A stretch of 60,853 nucleotides of DNA, the filler included. It is 8 parts of 8 records of this genome, joined end to end, with 100 filler letters (N's around TTAATTAATTAA, not from the genome) between each part and the next. Parts side by side here need not be neighbours in the genome. Positions count along the whole stretch, not along the records: positions 15,837 to 22,525 come from SRR31147125_467; positions 22,626 to 27,740 come from SRR31147125_475; positions 27,841 to 33,415 come from SRR31147125_477; 5 more parts are not named here. The stretch is one strand, 5' to 3'. Made by a program: the position numbers and the translations under genes. Numbering within the stretch: position 1 is the first letter of the stretch; the number at the start of each line of letters is the position of its first letter. The notes under the pieces are model-generated. The model saw nothing but the letters and a program-made list of their open reading frames with translations. It did no database searches and was not told where the DNA came from. Positions 21,138 through 30,513 of the stretch are shown here, in pieces.

Positions 21138-22046
21138 ATGTATAGCTATAGTGTGTCAAACAAAGGCAAAATTATAAATATCATTATAATGATATTTCTT
21201 TGCATGGTTATAATCGGTCTGATAGGTAAAATCTATTCAGACAGAGCAAAAGAAGAAGAGGAAGTAACAGAAGTTGAAGATAATCCTACAACGGAAGCGA
21301 GCATAGACAGTATAATAGACAGTTTTGAGGTGTCTGGCGGGGCGGGAGATGATATTCCTGTAATCACTGCTACCCTGTCAGAGCAAACTACCCAAAATCT
21401 AGATTTAACAAATACTCCCCAATTCGTAATATATCATACTCACGACTGCGAAGCGTACGCTATGACATCAACCAGCGTTTATGAAGAAATTGACGTAGCA
21501 AGAACTGACGATGATAATTATTCGGTAATCAGGGTAGGAATGGAGCTTACAAGTCAGCTTTACCAGCAGTTTAGCATATACGGAGTGCAGGATACAACAA
21601 GCCATGAATACCCTACTTTATCCACCGCTTACTCCCGCTCCTTAGTTACTGCCAGCGCTTATGCAGAAAGCTATGACGATTTAGTACTGCTTGATATACA
21701 CAGGGATGCCTACACAAAAACTTCATGGGATCCTTCCTATGTAACAATTGATGGGCAAAAGGTAGCCAGAATATTAATAGTCGTTGGAAAAGGCGAAGGA
21801 TATGAAGAACGGGGCGATTACACTCAAAATCTAGCTTATGCTAATGCCCTAACAGACGCTTTAAATGAAATTCACCCCGACTTAGCAAGACCAGTAAAAA
21901 TAAAAGAAGGCAGATATAATCAGCATCTTTCAAGCAAAGCTTTGCTTATCGAAGTAGGACATCATAAAAACACTCTAGATGAAGCGTTGGCTGCAACCGA
22001 ATACTTGGCTATTGCGCTTAACGAAACATTCTTTTCTAATCCTTGA
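21138..22046 (+). CDS. spoIIP: Stage II sporulation protein P
   Basis: N-terminal TM, IYHTH.CEAY, AYSRS, DIHRDA, RYNQHL, LLIEVG; directly follows gpr; SD GGAGG. Confidence 0.9.
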   Translation: MYSYSVSNKGKIINIIIMIFLCMVIIGLIGKIYSDRAKEEEEVTEVEDNPTTEASIDSIIDSFEVSGGAGDDIPVITATLSEQTTQNLDLTNTPQFVIYHTHDCEAYAMTSTSVYEEIDVARTDDDNYSVIRVGMELTSQLYQQFSIYGVQDTTSHEYPTLSTAYSRSLVTASAYAESYDDLVLLDIHRDAYTKTSWDPSYVTIDGQKVARILIVVGKGEGYEERGDYTQNLAYANALTDALNEIHPDLARPVKIKEGRYNQHLSSKALLIEVGHHKNTLDEALAATEYLAIALNETFFSNP

Positions 22047-22071
22047 TTATTAATTTAAAATTCATTATAAT
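22043..22071 (+). promoter_or_regulatory. sigmaA promoter (TTGATT-17-TATAAT), probable leaderless start at murI
   Basis: TATAAT at 22066-22071, 6 nt before the ATG at 22078; no SD. Confidence 0.6.
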
Positions 22072-22077
22072 TGTATT

Positions 22078-22525
22078 ATGAATTTAAAAACAAATAATCT
22101 CCCTATAGGAGTTTTCGATTCGGGTATCGGCGGATTATCGGTGCTGCAGTATGCTGAAAAATTGCTGCCAAATGAGAATTTTATATATCTTGGTGACTTT
22201 GCAAATGCACCCTATGGCAACAAAAAACAAACGGAAATAATTGATATATCAATTGCAAATGCAAAAAAGCTTTGCGATATGAGTATAAAAGCCCTGCTTA
22301 TCGCCTGCAATACAGCTACAAGTGCTGCTGCCCACATATTAAGAAGCACTTCAAACATACCTATTGTTGGTCTTGAGCCCGCCATAAAACCAGCCTCAGA
22401 ATTTGCAAAAGATAATAAATCTATAGTTGTGCTTGCGACCCCTCAGACTTTGAGATTGGACAAGTTCAATAACCTTCTAAAGGAATTCGACTGTGATATA
22501 TTACCTATAGCGTGTCCCGGTCTTT
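22078..22525 (+). CDS. murI: Glutamate racemase (3'-truncated by contig end)
   Basis: IGVFDSGIGGLSV, PYG, IACNTATS. Confidence 0.95.
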
Positions 22526-22625
22526 NNNNNNNNNNNNNNNNNNNNNNNNNNNNNNNNNNNNNNNNNNNNTTAATTAATTAANNNNNNNNNNNNNNNNNNN
22601 NNNNNNNNNNNNNNNNNNNNNNNNN
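22526..22625. other. Artificial contig-join spacer
   Basis: N-run + TTAATTAATTAA + N-run. Confidence 0.98.
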
Positions 22626-22759
22626 AAAACTCTCTCTTTCGTAAACCACACCGACAAGCATCTTCTTGTCAGCATCGTAAAATTGTAATCTTTCAATATA
22701 CATCTGTCTTAACTTCGCTAAAACTAATGTCGATAATTTCACAGTAATTGTATTTAACA

Positions 22760-22790
22760 TCTAATAATTACATTATATGTAATTATTAGA
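22760..22790. promoter_or_regulatory. 14-bp inverted repeat (TCTAATAATTACAT-3-ATGTAATTATTAGA) overlapping a minus-strand TAGACA-16-TATAAT promoter
   Basis: Read directly; operator-like position. Confidence 0.45.
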
Positions 22791-22807
22791 ACTTGTCTAA
22801 TTAAAGC

Positions 22808-22837
22808 AATAGCCCAACAAATACATGTCGGGCTATT
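22808..22837. terminator. Hairpin downstream of pstS (terminator-like)
   Basis: aatagccc...gggctatt stem. Confidence 0.6.
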
Positions 22838-22861
22838 TTTTATTATGTTTTAAAAATTTAA

Positions 22862-23779
22862 CTATGAAACAGGAATAGCACCTTTATCAGCGATGATAGC
22901 TTTTCCTTCTTCTGTTTCTGCAAACTCAAGGAAAGCAGCACAAGCTTCGTTCAAAGCATCAGCTTTGAAAACAAGCATGAAAGGTCTTGAGATTGGGTAT
23001 GTTCCAGCAACAACTTCTTCAGCTGTTGGGTTTCCACCTTCAATTAGTAGACCTTTAACTGAATCACTGTTTTCTTCTAAAGTAACAAATGAGATGTATC
23101 CGATTGCATTAGATTCTCCAGCAACTGCAGTAGCAACTGCTCCGTTACCTTCGCAAATTGTAGCGTCTGCAATTAGTGCTTCTTCAAAATCAACGATTTC
23201 TTCGAAAGCTCCTCTTGTACCAGAACCGTCTTCTCTAGAAATAACAACGATTTTACCAGCTTCACCACCAACGTCTGCCCAGTCTGTGATTTCGCCTTTG
23301 TAGATAGATTGAACTTGTTCTACAGTTAGCTCAGTAACTCCATTTGCTGGGTTAACAGCAACAGCAATACCATCGAAAGCAAGAACTTTTTCGTCCAATT
23401 TGAACTCTTCTTTTTCGCTATCTTTGATGTTTCTTGAAGCAGCACCGATCATGTAAGCATCAGAAGCAGCATTCTTAACACCAGTAGATGAACCAGTTGC
23501 ATCGTAAGAAGTTGTAACACCAGGGTTAACAGCAGCAAATTCAGCTAATAGAGCTTCAGCAACTTTTTGAACAGATGTTGATCCACCAGCAACGATTTCA
23601 CCAGTTAGGCTAACTTCTTCAACTACTTCTTCTTCAACTACTTCTTCTTCAGCTACCTCTTCAGCAGCTTCTTCTTTCACAGGTTGTTCTACAACAGGTT
23701 CTTCTTTAGCACATCCAACGAATGCGAAAAGAGAAACAAGCATTAAAGCAACAACGATAAGTGATAATGTCTTTTTCAT
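22862..23779 (-). CDS. pstS: Phosphate ABC transporter substrate-binding lipoprotein
   Basis: Lipobox FVGC, GGSTSV, GSSTG, ASR, REDGSGTRGAF, YPISRPF. Confidence 0.93.
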   Translation of the reverse strand: MKKTLSLIVVALMLVSLFAFVGCAKEEPVVEQPVKEEAAEEVAEEEVVEEEVVEEVSLTGEIVAGGSTSVQKVAEALLAEFAAVNPGVTTSYDATGSSTGVKNAASDAYMIGAASRNIKDSEKEEFKLDEKVLAFDGIAVAVNPANGVTELTVEQVQSIYKGEITDWADVGGEAGKIVVISREDGSGTRGAFEEIVDFEEALIADATICEGNGAVATAVAGESNAIGYISFVTLEENSDSVKGLLIEGGNPTAEEVVAGTYPISRPFMLVFKADALNEACAAFLEFAETEEGKAIIADKGAIPVS

Positions 23780-23820
23780 TAGTATCCTCCAAAATTAATT
23801 TAAATTTTTCAACACGGCTA

Positions 23821-23881
23821 ATTCTAGTTTCGGTTGATAATCTAAGTTTTGTAAATTTGTAATTTGTATGTAAAACGTAAT
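23821..23881 (-). promoter_or_regulatory. pstS promoter: -10 TAGAAT with upstream TTTACA/ATTACA repeats (Pho-box-like)
   Basis: Minus-strand TTTACA-N5-ATTACA-N2-TTTACA in place of a -35 element; resembles the Firmicute PhoP TT(A/T/C)ACA repeat. Confidence 0.55.
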
Positions 23882-23917
23882 ACAAATTATCATTGTTGTC
23901 TTCCAGCATTATACAAA

Positions 23918-23948
23918 AAACAACACCCAATTAGTATGGATGTTGTTT
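23918..23948 (-). terminator. Terminator-like hairpin downstream of the small ORF
   Basis: aaacaaca...tgttgttt stem with an A-run on the + strand (U-tail on minus). Confidence 0.5.
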
Positions 23949-23970
23949 ATATTAGTATGTTTTATTTTAT

Positions 23971-24207
23971 TTAACCCAGTGCACTATAGCATTGAACCCT
24001 ATTCAATTGCATTTTATTGCTTTTTAAGTTCAAGTTTCTTTTACCGTCAAAAGTCTTTATTTTTTCAATAAATGTTTTACTGATTATATAAATAAATTTC
24101 TTTTGTTCACTTTCTGTCTCCTCATGGTGACTACCATCTAAAACAAAAGACGCTAGAGACACCATGCATATCAAAATAATTATTATTATATATAATGTTC
24201 TGTTCAA
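23971..24207 (-). CDS. Small hypothetical membrane-anchored/secreted protein
   Basis: TTG start with AGGAG SD, hydrophobic N-terminus, downstream hairpin. Confidence 0.5.
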   Translation of the reverse strand: MNRTLYIIIIILICMVSLASFVLDGSHHEETESEQKKFIYIISKTFIEKIKTFDGKRNLNLKSNKMQLNRVQCYSALG

Positions 24208-24327
24208 ATCAATCTCCTTAAGTTTTTCTTTTTCTATTGTGTTCTAAATAATTATTATATAAATTTCTTATTAAAATTTTCTCCCTTATCATTTTGCTAT
24301 TTTCCTTAAATTATCCACCTCCTTTCA

Positions 24328-24351
24328 ACCTGACTTTTATAAAAGTCAGGT
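24328..24351. promoter_or_regulatory. Perfect 24-bp palindrome ACCTGACTTTTATAAAAGTCAGGT
   Basis: Read directly, in a divergent intergenic region. Confidence 0.6.
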
Positions 24352-24628
24352 GTGAATTTGATTGACTAAATAATATTACATAAATGTTACAATAATATTT
24401 CACATATGTTAACATAGGACAAAGTAAGAATATGGTATTTTTGTCATATGTATTTATTGCTTACCTCTATGGGTATAGCATTAAATACATAAAGATGATA
24501 TTATATAATTAAATAGCAAATCATATAAAACCCCATTTTAAAAATTTTTAAAGAGATAGTATAAAAATTATTTATAAAAGAAATACAATAGTATATATGG
24601 ATAATATAAACAAGGTGGATATATAGAC

Positions 24629-25782
24629 ATGAATAGAACTCAAAAGATATACAGAGATACCATAATAATTGGCACAGTACTAATTATAATTGCAATGATT
24701 GTTTTTAGCAGATTTTTACCTCGGTTACTTTCAGCACTTTCTCCTCTCATATTCTCTTTAGCGCTTTTTTATCTATTTAGACCACTCGTAAAGCTTTTTA
24801 ATAAAAAGCTCAATATAAACCTCAGCGTAATTTTAACGTTCCTTATTGCCTTAACTATTTTTTTCGGACTCATTGCATCTATTATTCCTGCTATAGTCCA
24901 AAGCATACAAGCTATTGTAACTTTACTTTACTCAACAACGCCCGAAGAATTTTTACAAGCAATGGAATCCATTCCCTTTGTAAGTGAATATTTCGATACA
25001 ACAAGTTTAGAAACATTTTTTCAAACGATTTATGAATGGGTAGATCAATCTCTTTCTTTTGTTCTATCCTATATAGCTACAATAATTTCATCAATAACAG
25101 GCTGGTTTGCATCACTTGTTATTTCAATTATGGGTATCCTTATGGCCTTTTATCTTCTAAGAGATTCTGTAGACAGCGCAACTGGGAAAGTTATCCTTTT
25201 TGTGAAATCAATATTTCCAAAAAAGTTTCTACATTCATTATTAAAATAGCTAAGTTAACTGACGATAGTATAAAGAAGTTTTTAATTGGAAAGTTATATA
25301 CCTCTTTAATTTTAGGAATACTAATTTTTGTTGCAGGTTTTATCATTAATATCACTACCAGCATTTCAATACCATATCTTCCTTTACTGGCATGTCTAAT
25401 AGCTTTTGGAAATCTTATACCATATATAGGTAGCTGGCTTGCATCTATACCATGTCTTTTGCTGTGTTTGCTGCATGGGTTACCAGAAACTATAGCATTT
25501 TTTATTATTGTTCTTTGTATGCAAGCAATAGATAATATGATCATAACGCCAAAAGTGCTTGGTGATAGCGTTGGCTTACAGCCATTTTGGATTTTAGTAG
25601 GTATTACAGTTGTTGGTGGACTTACCGGAAGTGTTATCGGAATGATATTATCCGTGCCTTTTGTTGCAGTCATAATAACTTTAGCCGAGGAAAGAATGAA
25701 TGAATACCTCGATTCAATTACAAAGCCAGAAACTCAAACAAACGAAGATTTATCTGAAACCCAAGTAGATTCTAAAAGCTGA
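24629..25782 (+). CDS. AI-2E (PerM) family transporter (frameshift near 25220)
   Basis: NLIPYIGS, QAIDN.IITPKVLGDSVGL.P.W..V.I..GG...G.IG..L.VP. Confidence 0.85.
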
Positions 25783-25838
25783 CATAGTAAAACTAAAATA
25801 TAAATTAAATAATTACTAATTTATTTACAAACCGATTA

Positions 25839-25867
25839 TTGACATTTATTCTCTTATCTGCTAGTAT
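25839..25867 (+). promoter_or_regulatory. sigmaA promoter TTGACA-17-TAGTAT with extended TG
   Basis: TTGACA at 25839-25844, TGcTAGTAT at 25859-25867; upstream of the riboswitch. Confidence 0.75.
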
Positions 25868-25914
25868 CAAAGCATCGACATAGCGATTATAGTATCGGAG
25901 TGATTTTTTCACTT

Positions 25915-26026
25915 TATACGCATAACGTTAATAGCATAGCTTCAAGAAATTGAGCGTCGCAAAGTCTATGGGTCTAACCGCATATTTTATATGTGTATGA
26001 CAGCCGGATTGCCAAAAATGTATATA
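25915..26026 (+). ncRNA. c-di-GMP-I (GEMM-I) class riboswitch aptamer with A at the G20-equivalent position
   Basis: AGCATA-GCTTCAA-GAAA-TTGAGC-GTCGCAAAG (P2 with GAAA tetraloop); GGGTCTAA...ATGACAGCCGGATTGCC (P3 with tetraloop receptor); P1 tatacgcat/atgtatata. Confidence 0.85.
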
Positions 26027-26094
26027 GAGCGAAGATATTTCTGCGATTTTTTTGTATGAATTTTTAAATTATATTAGCCCTTTATAATGAGTTG

Positions 26095-26152
26095 GCAAAA
26101 AGTCTTTACGTTTTCTCTAATAGTAACAAAAGACTTTTTGCTTTCTTTTTTT
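26095..26152 (+). terminator. Intrinsic terminator in the riboswitch expression platform
   Basis: 13-bp stem GCAAAAAGTCTTT/AAAGACTTTTTGC followed by tttcttttttt. Confidence 0.75.
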
Positions 26153-26208
26153 ATCAATATATCAAACAACGTATAATTCAATACTATTAAAAATAATTAT
26201 CATATTAT

Positions 26209-27575
26209 ATGGATAAATTATTTTATGCCGATTATATAATAGTAATTTGTTATTTAATTCTAATAATGGTCTATGGTCTTAGCGTTTCAGATAAAATTAA
26301 ATCCATAGACGATTTTGCAATATCCGATAAAAGGTACGGAAGCTTTATAATATTTGCAACTTTATTTGCTTCATTTATTGGCGGGGGTTTTTCTACAGGA
26401 AACGCATCCAAAACATATCAAACTGGAATAGGGTATTCAATAGCCCTTACTGGATTTTCGATAAAAGAGATTTTGATAGGAAAGTACATTGCTCCTCATA
26501 TGCAAAAGCACAAAGGCGTTATATCCACAGCAGGCATCATTAAAAAAGCTTTTGGTAATGAAGCTTCATTATTTACTGGAATTCTATCAGTTCTTTTATG
26601 TGGTGGAATGCTTGGCGCACAAGTTGGTGCTATGGGATATATCTTTAGTGAATTTGCAGGATTTAATCGCTATATCGGGATTTTTTTGGGTTGCTCTATT
26701 GTAGTTTTATATTCTACAACTGGAGGAATGAAAGCCGTTATTGCAACTGACGTTGCTCAATTTTTGATATTGATATTAGGAATCCCCCTTACTTTACTCT
26801 TTTCATTAGGGTCCGCTGGTGGCATAGCTAATGTTGTATCAAAAGCTCCCGCAGAATATTTTAAACTATTTAACGGTACAAGTTTTTGGGGTTTTATAGG
26901 TCTTTTTTTAACCTTTATGTTTGGAGAAGCACTTATACCGCCTTATACACAAAGGCTTTTAATTTCTAAAGACACTATCTCTTTAAAAAAGCTTCTATTC
27001 TTAGCGGAATAGTCTCTATACCTTTTTTTATAATAATTGGATTATGCGGCATCATAGCTTTTGTGAGTTTTCCAAACATCGATCCAAATTCAGCTTTTCC
27101 AAAACTTATAAGCAATCTACCTACTGTTATAAGAGGTTTTGTTATGGCTGGATTTATCTCTATAGTTATGTCATCTGCGGATTCAATATTAAATAGCGCT
27201 TCTGTTTCTATAGCTTTTGATGTTATTGGCTCTTTTAAAAAAAGGACTTCTAAAGATTTGCTTAAACTTGCGAGGTTTTCAAATGTAGTTACAGCACTAA
27301 TTGCAGTTATAACTGCAATTGCTATTCCTAATATAATAGATATCCTAATACTTTTTTACACAATATGGGCGCCTTGCATGCTAGTTCCGCTTGTTTTTGC
27401 AATTATTGGACATAAGCGCAATAAAACTTGCTTTTTCACCTGTGTAACAACAGGGCTTGTAAGCTGCATTATTTTAAAATATACGCTTAAACCACCATTA
27501 GAGTTCACATATCTTGCTATTTCAATAGTTCTTTCATTAATAACCTATCTTTTATATCCAAAAAAATTGCGCTAA
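26209..27575 (+). CDS. Sodium:solute symporter (SSS/SLC5) family protein (frameshift near 26985)
   Basis: ATLFASFIGGG, YSTTGGMKAVIATD..QF, QRLL, SIVMSSADS.LNS. Confidence 0.88.
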
Positions 27576-27577
27576 TC

Positions 27578-27739
27578 CTATACACAAAGATAGATACAAA
27601 AAAAGTGCAACACCGCACCAATTATAACAAATATATGCCATATAAAATGATGGAATTTAAAAAGTCTAAAAGTAAAAAACACCGTACCAATCGTATAGGC
27701 TATTCCTCCACCAAGCAAAAGCCAAAGCCCTGTAGTTCC
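27578..27739 (-). CDS. Hemolysin III / PAQR family membrane protein, C-terminal fragment (absent from the ORF track)
   Basis: Manual translation GTTGLWLLLGGGIAYTIGTVFFTFRLFKFHHFIWHIFVIIGAVLHFFCIYLCV*; GG..YT.G and H..WH.FV motifs. Confidence 0.85.
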   Translation of the reverse strand, partial: GTTGLWLLLGGGIAYTIGTVFFTFRLFKFHHFIWHIFVIIGAVLHFFCIYLCV

Positions 27740-27740
27740 A

Positions 27741-27840
27741 NNNNNNNNNNNNNNNNNNNNNNNNNNNNNNNNNNNNNNNNNNNNTTAATTAATTAANNNN
27801 NNNNNNNNNNNNNNNNNNNNNNNNNNNNNNNNNNNNNNNN
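27741..27840. other. Artificial contig-join spacer
   Basis: N-run + TTAATTAATTAA + N-run. Confidence 0.98.
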
Positions 27841-30202
27841 GTATGAGCCGCGAGAAAAAGTCCGGAGGCTCCATCCCGCAGAAGAAAATAGGCATCTGAT
27901 TTACTGCATTTTAATTCCGGCATGGGAACGGGATCTGCTTTGGGAGGCGCTGGTGTCCCATCCCGCATAAGTTTTCGGGTATTGGAACAACCCGGGTATT
28001 TTGTGCAGGCAAAGAATTTTCCGAATCGTCCTGTTTTGAGCTCCATGTCTGCGCCGCATTTATCGCATTCAATTGTGGGACCATCATAACCTTTAATCCG
28101 ATAGGAACCATCTTCCACCTCAAAACCTTTACAGTCAGGGCTGTTTCCGCAGATATGCAGTTTGCGCTTTTCATCTACGAGATAATTATCCATGGCTGTA
28201 CCGCATATGGGACAACGACGCTTTGCCAGCAATTCTTCAGCATCCCCTTCGTCCTCGTTTTCCAGGATGGTCACGCTTTCTTCACCGGGAATTAAATTGA
28301 TGGTCTTTTTACATTGCTCCTTGACAGGCAATTCATACCCGGAGCAGCTGAGAAACACACCGGTTCGGGCGGTTCTGGCCATCATGGGTCTGTTACAATC
28401 CGGACATTTAATGTGGTCCACAAGGATAGGATTATTTCCCCGCATGGACTGGTCAGCTTTATTGAGCTGCTCTCTGAATTCCTTATAAAAAGTGTCCAGC
28501 ACAGTACGCCAATTTTCATTTCCATCCGCTATTTGGTCCAGATGAACTTCCATGGAGGCGGTAAAGCCATAATCCATGAGATCGTCAAAATTTTCAACCA
28601 ATCTGTCTGTAACAACGTCGCCAATTTTTTGAGCGTAAAACCGTCGCTTAATGAGCTCTACATACCCCCGGTCCTGTATTGTAGATATAATGGAAGCATA
28701 CGTTGACGGTCTGCCAATGCCTTTTTTCTCCAGTTCCTTGACAAGGCTGGCTTCTGTGTAACGGGCCGGAGGTTTTGTAAAATGCTGACTGGGATCCAGT
28801 TTTAAAAGCGGCAAGATTTCACCAACCTGGACTTCCGGTAATATGGAATCCAGCTCATCATTTTTCTTTAAAAAAGGTAATACTCTTGTCCAGCCATCAA
28901 AGCGCATAACCCGTCCACGGGCGCGCAACTCGTAATCATCAGCTGTAATAACAATCGTAGTGCTGTCAAATTCAGCTGGAGTCATTTGGCAAGCAACAAA
29001 CTGTCGCCAGATCAGATCATATAGTCTGGCCTGATCTTTTTCCAGAGCAATCAAATGTTGTGGTGTGTTTTTCAGGTTCGTCGGTCGGATGGCTTCATGC
29101 GCTTCCTGTGCGCTTTGTTTACTGGCAAAGGTGCGAGGTTTTTCAGGTAAATATCGTGCACCAAATTCACTGTTAATGAACTGCCGACAGCTATCCACAG
29201 CATCTTTACTTAATTGGGTTGAATCGGTTCGCATATAGGTGATATGACCCGCTTCATACAGACGCTGAGCCATCATCATTGTTTTTTTAACACTAAAGCC
29301 AAGCCGAGTACTGGCTGCCTGTTGTAGTGTTGTCGTAATAAACGGGGGGTAGGGATTCAGTTTTGTTGGTTTGAGTTGCCGATCTTTAACTTTAAAGGTC
29401 GCTTTTTCAAGGTCGGCAAGTGCTTTGTCTGTTTTTTCTTTATTTTCCGGGAGAAAGTTCTTGCCTTTGTATTTCGTAACCTGTGCCCGAAAAGAGGGAT
29501 CTGCTTTGAGTAAGGCGAATATCTTCCAAAATTCTTCCGGCACGAATGCGCGTATTTCCCGTTCTCGTTCAACCACCAGGCGCACAGCAACAGATTGGAC
29601 GCGACCTGCTGATAAACCGCGGGCCACCTTTTTCCATAATAATGGGGAGAGCATAAAACCGACAACGCGATCAAGAAAACGCCTGGTCTGTTGAGCGTTA
29701 ACGCGCTCCATGTTTAATTCTCCAGGTGACGCAAACGCTTTTCGTATAGCTGATTGGGTGATTTCACTAAAAACAACTCTTTTATAGCGAGTTATGTCTC
29801 CACCGATAGATTCACGCAGATGCCAGGCAATGGCTTCTCCTTCACGATCAAGGTCCGTGGCAAGGAAAATTGAATCAGCCTGTGATGCAATGGTTTTTAA
29901 TTCTTTCAAAACCTTGGCTTTTCCAGGAAGGATTTCATAACGTGCTTTCCAACCATTTTCCGGATCAATGGCCATAGATCTGATCGTTCGCAGGTATTCC
30001 CGTTCCTTTCGGAGAGCTTCTTTTTCTTCTGCCGGGAGATCTCTGGGAATGGGTTTCACAGAATTGTCAGATTTGCCAGAACTTTTGTCGGAAGGTCACG
30101 TATATGTCCTACACTGGATTTAACAATATAATTGCTACCCAAATATTTGTTAATGGTCTTTGCTTTTGCCGGTGATTCGACAATTACGAGTGATTTTGCC
30201 AT
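27841..30202 (-). CDS. topA: DNA topoisomerase I (frameshift near 30060-30080; 3' end truncated)
   Basis: [60 protein letters not shown]-terminal Zn ribbons. Confidence 0.95.
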
Positions 30203-30513
30203 AAATATTACTTTCTTCAAGTTGTTTTCTGCAACAAATATGTTTTGTAAAGATAACAAATGTAAATCAGTAATTCAAGATTAAACATCTTGCTATACCC
30301 TTTGAATTTTTAGCATTTTATGATTGTATTCTGATGAAAAAATTACAACATTTATATTATTTCTGAAATATATTTTGCTTCTCAAACCTTTTATTTATTA
30401 GAGTATTGTTTATCCCAGATTTAGATTCTTTGTTGGTTTCTGTGTTGTTTAAATTTAAAGCCAGATAGTATAACGTAATTGGATTAGCAATCTTTGAAAG
30501 AAAGGAATGTCCT

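Noticed and set aside
27605-27796. 63-aa + strand ORF
   Set aside because: The opposite strand encodes a clear hemolysin III C-terminus.
30056-30259. Split topA / separate 67-aa N-terminal gene
   Set aside because: It is the Toprim N-terminus of one gene broken by an indel; the true start is probably 30202.
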